64,000 nucleotides of DNA from Octopus bimaculoides (taxonomy: Eukaryota), in NCBI RefSeq assembly GCF_001194135.2, contig NC_069006.1, positions 22,761,016 through 22,825,015 on the forward strand, given 5' to 3'. Below the pieces are notes generated by a model. That model did not search any database. It was not told the DNA's origin and saw only the letters and a program-made list of their open reading frames with translations. Below, piece after piece: positions 15,301 through 64,000 of the stretch; position 1 is the first letter of the stretch, and each line of letters starts with the position of its first letter. The position numbers and the translations under genes are program-made.

Positions 15301-17765
15301 TGTGCTTGCAGAGGTGAGATTTAGTTTTTTTTTACTGTTAGAGGAGTAGACTGTAAAAATACCTTGCAGTTGTTTAGTTTCAGTCTTTAACATTCTGTCA
15401 AGACAAGGGGTCGATATAAATGATAGTTCCCTCTCTCCATATCTGTAGCCTTCTGTTCATATACAAAAAGGGTCAGCATTGTAATGGGGATAGGTGTGTT
15501 AAAAAGTTTACTTTGTAACAATATGGTTTTAGGTTCAATCTCACTGCAGTGGACCAAGAGCAAGTGTCTTCTATAGTTTCACAATAATCAATGTCTTGTG
15601 AGTGCCATTTGGAAGGCAGAAACTGTGCGGAAGCCCATCATATATATATTTCCCTGACATATATTAATGAATAGCAAACATTGTCGAAAACTAGAGCTCT
15701 TTTGGATGAATTTACTGTACTGAGTTATGGACACTGTTGTTGTTCTTGTCACCAGTAAACTAGTGATTGGCTAGTTGGAAAACTCCAACAAAAAAGGATT
15801 ATTGTTTGCTAATTGTGATATAAAAATAAACAATAATTTTTACATTTATTCTTAATACATTCCAGCAGATTTCAATGCAAAATATGCTAGTTGCTGTTGT
15901 GTATGTCACAGGACTTTTCCCCTTTTACAACAACTGGCATTGTTTATAATTTTTGCGGACTGTTTGTTGATCAGTACTTATATCTGCCAAAATTGTGATT
16001 TGCTCTGATATAAATAATTGGTTTTTGCAGTTAGGTGCTCTTCTTAGTACTAATCATTGAACCATTAAGGAATAGAAACTATTTCCTTGTCTAATTTTAC
16101 AAATTTTATCAATTATTTTGTACCGATACTGACCATTATGTTACTTCAGGAAGGAAGAGTTATGTACCTTGTTGAAAAGTACAACAGATTTAACCTTTCA
16201 AGTCTATTCACATATAAGATGTCTTATAGGAATATTAAATTGACTTGTACTCATTTATGTATTGTAATTGACGAACTGTCATTAGTTGCAGATTCCCAAT
16301 GGGACAATCTGCTTTTGTAATTGCGAGTGACGGGGGTGAGGGTTGGGACTTATTGGGGAACAACTAACACAAAAGACTTTATTTGTAGACCACTGGTTTG
16401 CACTCCTTCAATGTACATCATTGTGTGTGCTAACGACAGTACAGTGTTGTTGGTATTTGCTGTCTACTGTTGCTTGGTCCAAAACTGATATTGGAATGAA
16501 CCTGAAATCCTTCCAGCTGTGACCATCTCATCATTTTCCTTTAAGTATAGTGTATCTTGGACTGCATTTTTCAACATCTTTCATATTTTAAAGACGGTAG
16601 AATATGATTTAATAGAATTTATCTGCTATTTCTAGCAAACTGAAGGACTGCTAAGTAGTTGCATTAGAGATGGTAGTTGAACCCATGTATTCCGTTTTTG
16701 TTGTTCTCGTTTATTGTTCTTTATTTTTTTTTTTTTCCAGAATCTCAAAATACCCCAGGGATATCCATGGATGTGGAAGAAGATTCCTTCCTTGTTTCCT
16801 TTGATTTTTTCTTTGTTAGCAATGGCTCAATAACAGTTTCTCTCAAAGTTCACAAGGACCGCATCTTTCACATTCATTACGTATTCAGCAACACCTTGAT
16901 AACAATAGATAAAACAAACATCTACTATGGTCTTGGAGACATTCCAATGTCATGGCGCCACATCACTCGAGACATAGCCATAGACTTCCAGAAAGGAATG
17001 GGATTACAGTACTCTAAAGTAAAGAAGGGCAAGTTACGTAATATAATCGTTCACCTGTCTGCAATTACTTTACACGGACAAGGTCAGATGGACAACATTA
17101 CTGTTTCTTCAGCTGCACATCTTGACCAGTTTTACGATGCTGCCAACTGGCTTGTCAAGCACCAGGACGATCGAGGTGGTTGGCCTATTATGGTGGCTCG
17201 GAAATTAAGCATGCTTGAACTCGACCCTGGTTGGTATTCTGCTATGGCTCAAGGGCAAGCCATGTCTCTCCTTGTCAGAGCCTATATAAGAACGAAAAAC
17301 CCAGTCTATTTGAATGCCGCAGTCAATGGTTTGAAACTGTATCAGGTGAGCAGTGCAGAAGGAGGTATTGTGGCCAGGTATGCAGGAGTGTACACATGGT
17401 ATGAAGAATACCCAACACAACCAAGTAGTTTTGTTCTGAATGGATTCATATACTCTCTGCTTGGTCTCTATGATGTGAAAGAGATTGCCACTGGAGCAGG
17501 AAAGCATCTGGCTCAAATGCTCTTTGATACTGGCATGCATTCATTGAAGCACATGTTACTTCTATTTGACAATGGGTCTGGAACATTCTATGACCTTAGA
17601 CATTTAACCCTTGGCATAACTCCCAACCGAGCCCGTTGGGATTACCACACGACACATATCAATCAAATCCTCTTGTTATCTACGATAGATGATAATCCTT
17701 TATTTAAAAACACTGCAGAACGGTGGATAACATATATGAAAGGCAAACGAGCACCTCACAATTAA
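825..17765 (+). CDS. GLCE: D-glucuronyl C5-epimerase (heparan sulfate epimerase), complete, join(825-931,10993-11194,12146-12320,14996-15229,16741-17765), 580 aa
   Basis: All introns GT-AG and phases match (2,0,1,1); 1743 nt = 581 codons. Type II membrane N-terminus, then family motifs [95 protein letters not shown] and terminal RAPHN. Confidence 0.96.
1297..1410. repeat. (CATA)n/(TA)n/(TG)n compound microsatellite
   Basis: Direct reading. Confidence 0.95.
3738..4060. repeat. (TG)n(TA)n and degenerate TATG low-complexity tract
   Basis: Direct reading. Confidence 0.9.
5292..5433 (+). mobile_element. SINE family A, 3'-truncated
   Basis: Same head and body as the 6937 copy. Confidence 0.8.
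6190..6315. repeat. (TG)n(TC)n/(TCTA)n microsatellite
   Basis: Direct reading. Confidence 0.95.
6937..7372 (+). mobile_element. Two tandem tRNA-derived SINEs (family A)
   Basis: gagctggcagaatcgttag (A box) ...gagttcaaattcc (B box) ...aagtaccagtt...ccttgtg; second copy starts at 7166. Confidence 0.85.
10993..11194 (+). CDS. GLCE: GLCE coding exon 2 (KGMKLNSDY...[31 protein letters not shown])
   Basis: ttttcag acceptor, gaa|gtaagt donor; ECLIN...[10 protein letters not shown] motif typical of GLCE. Confidence 0.92.
11360..11470 (+). mobile_element. Short mariner transposase remnant
   Basis: [35 protein letters not shown] with one frameshift; resembles the QDNAPAH...HPPYSPDLAPSD region. Confidence 0.7.
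12146..12320 (+). CDS. GLCE: GLCE coding exon 3 ([22 protein letters not shown]...[11 protein letters not shown])
   Basis: tttctag acceptor, gaag|gtgaga donor; conserved FEWQHSYS and [20 protein letters not shown]. Confidence 0.95.
13900..14090 (+). mobile_element. Abundant diverged dispersed repeat family D (gctagaaatagcagccaaat...ctggggctaaacaacaac)
   Basis: Recurrent motif ctatttctagcagg in either orientation at about 2250, 2640, 4480-4665, 6510, 6725-6900, 7935-8125, 11970, 16530-16650, 23840, 26655-26860, 43270-43340 and 45665-45855. Confidence 0.7.
14996..15229 (+). CDS. GLCE: GLCE coding exon 4 ([12 protein letters not shown]...IEFDAP)
   Basis: ttttcag acceptor, cctg|gttagt donor, phase 1-1. 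Confidence 0.95.
16741..17765 (+). CDS. GLCE: GLCE terminal coding exon (catalytic C5-epimerase domain)
   Basis: Long polypyrimidine acceptor ending ccag at 16740; open frame to TAA with WYEEYPT, FYDLRH and ARWDYH catalytic motifs. Confidence 0.97.
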
Positions 17766-18254
17766 GTAAAGGAAATGTTATTACATTTAAAATATTTTTT
17801 TAAATATTCTTTAATAATAATTTATCTTCCTCATAGTTTTATTTTTACCATTTAGATTTCTACCAATTCCCCTTTCCTTAGCAGTTTTTCTGTTTTTTTA
17901 ATCTTTCATTTTAAGATTACTAACTCATCAAATACATTTTTGAAAGTAATTTTCTTTTAACTCTTTAGTGTTAATTAGTGGTGTTAAATAAGGTGATATC
18001 TGATGACAGAAATTCCTGTATGGTTTGGTTGATGTTTTCTAGCTACCAAAGGCTACTTGTCAACAAGGCCAAACAATGATCACTTTGTGACATCAAGATT
18101 TAAATTTAAAAAAAAATTTTTCAAAGCTAAAGGGTTAAATGAAAAGGATTTTTCAATATTTACTTTTGAAGTCCTTTAGATCAATTAAAATGTAAGTTAT
18201 TTTCACTATCTAATTACATTTCAAGCTAAATTTAATTGCCTCTTCTAGCATTTT

Positions 18255-19017
18255 NNNNNNNNNNNNNNNNNNNNNNNNNNNNNNNNNNNNNNNNNNNNNN
18301 NNNNNNNNNNNNNNNNNNNNNNNNNNNNNNNNNNNNNNNNNNNNNNNNNNNNNNNNNNNNNNNNNNNNNNNNNNNNNNNNNNNNNNNNNNNNNNNNNNNN
18401 NNNNNNNNNNNNNNNNNNNNNNNNNNNNNNNNNNNNNNNNNNNNNNNNNNNNNNNNNNNNNNNNNNNNNNNNNNNNNNNNNNNNNNNNNNNNNNNNNNNN
18501 NNNNNNNNNNNNNNNNNNNNNNNNNNNNNNNNNNNNNNNNNNNNNNNNNNNNNNNNNNNNNNNNNNNNNNNNNNNNNNNNNNNNNNNNNNNNNNNNNNNN
18601 NNNNNNNNNNNNNNNNNNNNNNNNNNNNNNNNNNNNNNNNNNNNNNNNNNNNNNNNNNNNNNNNNNNNNNNNNNNNNNNNNNNNNNNNNNNNNNNNNNNN
18701 NNNNNNNNNNNNNNNNNNNNNNNNNNNNNNNNNNNNNNNNNNNNNNNNNNNNNNNNNNNNNNNNNNNNNNNNNNNNNNNNNNNNNNNNNNNNNNNNNNNN
18801 NNNNNNNNNNNNNNNNNNNNNNNNNNNNNNNNNNNNNNNNNNNNNNNNNNNNNNNNNNNNNNNNNNNNNNNNNNNNNNNNNNNNNNNNNNNNNNNNNNNN
18901 NNNNNNNNNNNNNNNNNNNNNNNNNNNNNNNNNNNNNNNNNNNNNNNNNNNNNNNNNNNNNNNNNNNNNNNNNNNNNNNNNNNNNNNNNNNNNNNNNNNN
19001 NNNNNNNNNNNNNNNNN
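18255..19017. other. Assembly gap (N-run); others at 4921-4930, 11295-11353, 35088-35500, 38218-39069, 44995-45122 and 55911-56282
   Basis: N characters, mostly flanked by microsatellites or homopolymers. Confidence 1.
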
Positions 19018-22000
19018 ATATATTATATACCTTAAAAAGAAATTAAGTTTTAAAAAATACATTTAAATACTTTTCATTTTAACATTGGTGAAAAAAATGT
19101 GACTAACCCCTGTATCCAAAATGTAAAAGGTGTCCTATTTCTTTTAACTCTTCCCTTTCCATCTTCTCCTTCACAATAACGTTTCCATAAGAGTTCCTGT
19201 TGAATCAACCTGAGTATTAACGAACACTGCAAAAGTTTTTTTCTACAAAAACTTACTTTTCCATCTGTAAACAGTTTCTTGTGAGTTAGTTACAAAGTTA
19301 TTTAATCATTTTGATACTTTAGATTCAAAATATAGAACTTTTTTTTTTTTAACCTTAGCTTCATTTTATTTGAGGAGAAAGTTACTTTACTTCATTCCTT
19401 GAAACTTTTGCTTATTTTAAAAGAATAATTGAAAGACATAACCAAATTTCTAGTGAAAAATATTCTGTAAGATGAGGCAAGATGACTTGCTGACCTTGTT
19501 ACTCTGTCAACAATAAACAACCATATCATGGGTCATGTATTTTTATAGCTGTGAAAGATTTTCTTCATCTGGAGGTGTGGGCACATTTGGAAAAAAAAAA
19601 AAAATTTTTTTAATCTATGAATTCGTATTGTTGGCTTTAAGTTGTGGTTAGTTATATTTCATGTCGAGTAGGCTCTCTGTATTTGTAGTTTAGGCCTAAA
19701 TGTATACTTTTGTAGGGAGTCTGCAAGCTAAGTCATAACTTCCACAGTTAGGGATTGAAGTGATGTCTAATTGTCAATCATGCCCAACCTATTACTATTA
19801 ACTTCCTAGCTGAACAAAATAGTCAATGCCCGATTTTCAGATCATTGTAATCACGGCTAATCTCCAAAGAAAAAAAAAAAAAAAAGTTAATTTTAAGATA
19901 TTGCATACCTTATTTCTGTATATCTCAGGACATGATTCATTATTCCAAAACAGTAGGATGTGATTTGAGAGACATTCGGCTACTGTTTCTAGCAGGCAAA
20001 ACTGAATACACAACTTAATGACAGTTTCTCTTTGATGTGTGAAATGTGAATTCTTTGCTAGGTTGTCAGTCACATTTCTTCTATGACTATATTATAAACA
20101 AGACAGAAATATCAAACATATTACCTTTTTTTTTTTTTAACCTTTTCTGATAAAGACCTTTGCTAAGTACACCAGGATTCTTGTCTCCCCACATCATATA
20201 CTCTTAACCAAATTTGTAAAGTTTACTAAATAACTTACTAGGTAATTGTATTTTAGACTAATGCTTTGGGTGATTGTGCTAAATTGAATCTTCCCCTCCA
20301 CACACAATCTTCTGCTTGGAACTTCATTCTACTTACTAAAATATCTCTATTTTCCTAACAGCAAGGAACAAAAAGAAAAATATTTTAACAGACCTTCCCT
20401 CAATTTCTCCTATTTTATTTTTTTGGCTCAAAAACCTTCTAATGCTTACGATGAAAATTTTTATTCCCCTCTCCCAACATTTTTGGTGTATTTCTCAACT
20501 TTGTCACTCACTCTGCCCACTCTACATTCTCTGACATGGCATGTAATATATCTTCATTCTGTTTATTTCTTTGTCAGAATCTTTAACAACAAAAGCAACT
20601 ATTTTTCTACTGCTGTCAGCTTGAATGCTATCGTTTTGATGTTTGTTTAGCTTGTGATAACTATAATTATTTTATCATTATTTAAAAGAAAAAAAAATGT
20701 TTTTATCCACATCTCCTTTCCAAAATCTCTGACTCTCTCTCACACACAAACAAATACACACAAAATACTGATTCCAATAAGAAACCTTGAAATTTTACCC
20801 CACCTTTCCCAATTTTGGCTTTTTTTTTTTGTTCTTAGATTATCAAAATGTTTATTTTCTGTCTGTGATCTCTTCTTTATTTAATATATAATTACAAATT
20901 CATAATTGTCCCACCTTCCTACTCATTAAATTGGCTGGAAGAAATGAAATGAAAAGAGAACAAAAAAAAAAATCTCTTAAATATTGGTTGTGACTAGTTT
21001 TCTGTTTATATTTACTTAGAAACACTAATTTCCCACTAATCCTGCCTCTCTCTCTCTCTCTCTCTCTCAATATATATAATACATTGTTTCATAATCTCTG
21101 AATATAGTACTTCTGTTAGTCCCATGGTACATATAAAAGGGTCATAGTTACCTGTCAATCTGGTGGGGTTTACCTCTTTCCAGGTTACATAAACCTACGG
21201 GTAGAGCCAGACTCGAACCTGCAAACTTGTAACATTGAGGGAGCAGTGTGAACTGTATCAGTACTTCGAAAATTTGTTCAATAAATATTTTTTTTTTTTC
21301 CTTAGCTGTTTTAATGTAATACTGCATAAAGTGGTATTAATAAAATAGAGAGGGACGTATGTGAAGAAAAAGAAATGGAAATATCCATGGCCTCAATCCT
21401 CCCTCCATATTTGTGAGGTGGATGGCCTGATAAACACCACTCATGCCACAGTTCATTATGCCAATTATAGTGCTAGTTGATTTTGGTAAGGAGTTGCATA
21501 GGTTGGCTTGTGAAATCCATATTATCTTGGAAGGTGGGTCAGTGGATATGGAAATGTAAGTTGATTGTTGTGATATGTTCTGTGCCCTCATTTTAACAAT
21601 TAGTATCAAACAAGTTTTGAGGTGGGTGGGTTATTTAAAACCAAGTTGAAGTAAGAAAACCTGCCCCCCTCCCTTTCACACAATACAAGTTACTCTATTT
21701 TAACCAACAGTTTATAAGTAGGGAGCATTATTCTAATTCCCCCACCTCCCCTCATTAACATCCTAATGTCCTGCACAAACTCATTAATTTCTATTTACAA
21801 AATTTCCTGCTGTAAAATATGTATAGTCCATATCTTATATATTATGTTTATATATATATATATATATATAAACTTTTTATAAAACTGAGTTTTAAATCTC
21901 TCTATATAAATATATATCTTGGTAACAGGGTAATTGTTATATTTGTTATTAATTTTTAAACTTTGTCATTTTTGAATCTTATTTTTTTTTAAACATTGAC

Positions 22001-22401
22001 TACATGTAGTTTCTATGGGTTCTTTTTTTTTTTTTTCTTTTTCTCTCCCTCAAATTTTTCCTCTAATTTCCCCCCACCCCCACCCCATCCTCTCATCACA
22101 CTTTTTAAAAACCTACTCAAGAAACGTTCCATTGTACAATTTGACCAGTTCATTGGTCACTTCATAAAATCTGTTTGTTTATTGTTCTTCCCTCTCTTCT
22201 ATACTCCAGCTTCAATTTGTCAAAATTTGTCAGGTTGCAGTGAGTGTAACAGTAAACTGTTTTTAAAAAAAAAAGTACATCGTTTTCCATGAAAACCCAG
22301 CACTTGTGAGTGGAGTTTTATTCCACCAGCCCTGTGGAGTTCCATCCACGACTCATGCTACTGACTTACTGCAACCGTTCTATTATGGATTACAAATTGG
22401 T

Positions 22402-22437
<36 letters not shown>

Positions 22438-24603
22438 TACACATACATATGTACTAGCATACATTCAGACAGACACATACATACATGTATACTGAAATGT
22501 TGAGGCCAGACAAAGCTGCTGTAAGTACAACAGCAGCTTTGTCACAGATGAATTGGGAAGAAAACGGTTTGTGTGGCTGAAACAGATATTGTACTTAAGA
22601 TTTAACTTTATCAGAGATATATTGAGAAATAAATTTATCTCTTCTAAATTGTGTTCTTTGATTTTTTTTTTTCTATTGGCACACATACATGGAGCTCCCA
22701 TCAAAAAAAGACTCTTTAAGAGCTGGTAATTCAATTTTCATTTCTTTTTTTTAGATTTAACCTACTGGAAATAATCAGACAACATATTGAACAGGGGAAT
22801 TTTTTTTCTAAAGTGCTACAGGAAGTTAGAAAATGTAGTGTAAGTACAAAGACAGCTAACCCATGCAACTTATCCTCACTCAAGTTTTATATATATAAGT
22901 GTGAAGCAGATAGGACCATTCAGAATTCCATGAATGTTCTGGAAAATAGGACATTAATGCTCACCTAGCCAATGGGATGGCGTCATTTGTAAACTAAATG
23001 TAAAAGCGCATTGTAACTAGCAATGTGTTGGTCATGTGATCACGTATTCATCTCAGTCGGTATAAACATACACTACATGTGTGTATACATGCGTGTATGT
23101 ATACATACATAGGCATTTGTGTGTGCATGTATGCACTTGTATGTATGCATACTTATATGTACACATATATACATATGTAAGCTATAGCAAAAGAAACTTG
23201 CTCAAGGTGCAGTAGGAACCATATTATTGCAGACCGCTTTAACATGCATCCAAACTTACATCCAGAATGGGGAGTATGGAATTAAGGATGAAATAGAATA
23301 TAAAGTGTTGTAACTAAACATAAGTTACAACTTCAAGAAGTTATAAAGTTTAGTTTAAGAAGGAAGATGGGTTCATGGTAGGTTAAAAGGTCAGTATAAA
23401 TAAAAGATTTTCATACCTTTATGGATTCAAGAATGGTATCTGATTGCATCCCTTTCATCGTTTTTATGTTGCTTTTCACATTCTAGTAGAGATTGGATCA
23501 GACTTCTTCTATGGCTAGATGTTTTTCCTGGCACCAAGCTTTTGTTTTTCAAGTAAGGTACTTTTTATTCCATTTGATCATGACACATGATAAAACAAAC
23601 AAGCTGTGGGGTATATTATTTACAGGAGACCATTGTTGCTCAAACAGTTACGTAAATCTCACAGAAACAGTTTCTGTCTACCATTTTTGACTCTTGATGT
23701 ATTAGTCACTCCAAGGCCATTATAGCAGACACTTATCCAAATTGTCATGCAGTAGGATGGAACCAGAAACGATGTGGTTGTGAAACGAACTTCTTAATCA
23801 CACAGCCATTCCTATTATGATCTAAATTAAGCTGGAAATAATTAAGGGTGTTATTTCTAGCAGGTTAAACAACAGTTCTGAGACTCCCTAGTGTGTGTAT
23901 CTTATGAAATCTATACATTTCTGTATAGTATGACTGAAGAATGCCAGAGTTGTCTCCCGTACTTGGTGTAACTGTTAAACGAACGAATTAATATCTTTTC
24001 TTCATTTCTAGATGGCTTTTTCACTGCACTGAATATACTAAGACCGACCTAACAATTGCTTTTCATGCAGAGGACGTCTCTGAGTAATTATCCTTCAACA
24101 ACCTTGAAGGTAATGTTGACTCTAGTTAGATTTGAACTCACAACGTAAAGCAATAAAACTAAATAATGTTAGGGCATTTAGTCTATCACTTCACTACTTG
24201 AGTAATATTTATTTCTAACTTTGACATACAAATATTTGGAGAAAGGGTATAGCTGATTGATTCTGACTTCTCCCCTGCCATTACCAAACTAATCAGTCTC
24301 AGAAAGTTGAAATGTCAAGTTTAGGTCTTATCATTATTGCCACTCTGACCCCAGCCTAAATCAGAATTGGAACCCCTTGCTCTTTGGCAAAATTTCATCC
24401 ACATTTAAATTTAAAGCTATCTGCTGACAAATTCTCTGAAAACCTATAGGGGGGAAAAAATCACTTTAAGCCTTGATAGTAAAAAATAATTTAATATAAG
24501 TTACATACTTAATTGAATCTGTAAAATTAAACATTCATTACTTTCTCAGCAGTGATAGGGTCCTGTAGTTTCTGAGGTACTTGGATTCCACCTCAGGTAT
24601 CCC

Positions 24604-24609
24604 TTTATT
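24604..24609 (-). terminator. Candidate polyadenylation signal AATAAA of CFAP74
   Basis: tttatt on the + strand, about 95 nt after the stop codon. Confidence 0.5.
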
Positions 24610-24702
24610 TTACTGTAAATAAACACTGCAGATGAAGAAATATTTCTTGTTTTCGTATTTAAGAGAGAAATATAGACATTTGTGAAGAACCTGCATGCTT
24701 TG

Positions 24703-63007
<38,305 letters not shown>

Positions 63008-63094
63008 CTAGTGACAAAAGGAAATTTAGTAGAGGGCAGTGTATGCATGTAGATAGATATGAATGTATGTCAACGTGTGTGTGTGTGTGTGTGT

Positions 63095-63345
63095 GATGAT
63101 CTTGCCCTCATAGTAGATTCCAAATCAGAGCTAGAGGAGAAATTCCAGGTGTGGAAGTAAAACCTGGAATTTAAGGGCCTTATGGTTAATCCAGCAAAGA
63201 CCAAGGTCTCAGAAAACAGACAAGACCCTACCCACTTTAGGTAGGTGATCTTGCTTGATTTGTAGGAAATGTGTAGGCAGAAACTTCATATTGTGTACCC
63301 AGAGGAATAATGGGAAAGGTTATCAGAGAAAGTAGTATTTGCATG
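63095..63345 (+). mobile_element. RTE RT fragment, same family, decayed
   Basis: DDLALIVDSKSELEEKFQVWK*NLEFKGLMVNPAKTKV...CLICRKCVGRNFILCTQ. Confidence 0.78.
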
Positions 63346-63504
63346 TTGGCTTGGCGGTTCGGCAAGGGAGACCGATGGAATAGGTGCTGGGCTTCCAAAG
63401 AGTGGGTCCTCGCGTCGATTTTCTCGACTAAAGGCTGAAACAAGTAAAAGAGTAATTGTATTTGTCCCCTCTGTGTACAGCCCTGTATGGCTAATAAAAG
63501 AACG

Positions 63505-63690
63505 TTATCTATCTATCTATCTATTTCCCTATCTATCTATCTATCTATCTATCTATCTGTCTATCTATCTATCTATCTATCTATCTGTCTATCTATCTAT
63601 CTATCTGTCTATTTATCTAATCTATCCATTCATCCATCCATCCATCCATCTATCTATCTATCCATCTATATAACTATCTATCTATCTATT
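63505..63690. repeat. (TATC)n/(CATC)n tetranucleotide array
   Basis: Direct reading. Confidence 0.95.
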
Positions 63691-64000
63691 TCCCTATTTT
63701 TTTTCCTTCCCCCTCCCAAAAAGAAAAGCTCTACATTGTATTTGTCCCATCTTTGTTGAGCCCTGTGTGGCTAATAAAAGAAATGTATCTATCTATCCAT
63801 CTGTCTGTTTCTATCTGTCTGTCTGTCTACTATAGTTTAACCGTGTCTTTTATTTGTTGGGCAGTGAAAGTTAAGAATCTTTCTTTTCTGTCTTAATCGC
63901 TTCAGCGAAATTTGTGGTGGTGGTGGCAGAGGCGTCCGTTGTAGAAGTTGACGGTGAAGCTGTGGTGGTGGTGGTGGTGGTTGTGGCGGTGGTGGTGGTG

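Noticed and set aside
16677-16740. N-terminal extension [21 protein letters not shown] of the 362-aa ORF
   Set aside because: It is the intronic polypyrimidine tract; the exon starts at 16741.

Overview
AT-rich animal genomic DNA, dense in microsatellites and SINEs, with seven assembly N-gaps. The repeat landscape resembles an Octopus-type cephalopod draft genome (inference from recalled repeat families, not a database search). I reconstructed two convergent multi-exon genes by hand from splice sites and reading-frame phase. (1) On +, a complete D-glucuronyl C5-epimerase (GLCE): 5 coding exons, 825-17765, 580 aa. (2) On -, the 3' three-quarters of CFAP74: 28 phase-consistent exons, 63007 to 24703, 1125 aa; the N-terminus lies beyond the window and one intron needs a GC donor. 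Introns hold several tRNA-derived and related SINE families, three RTE-LINE remnants with a PHD finger inside the RT, mariner/Tc1 remnants and simple repeats. The least expected element is a minimal type-I hammerhead ribozyme motif (35628-35672) lying between the arms of a perfect 72-bp inverted repeat, an arrangement typical of Penelope-like element termini. Almost all ORFs in the supplied track that are not listed below are microsatellite or N-run artefacts.
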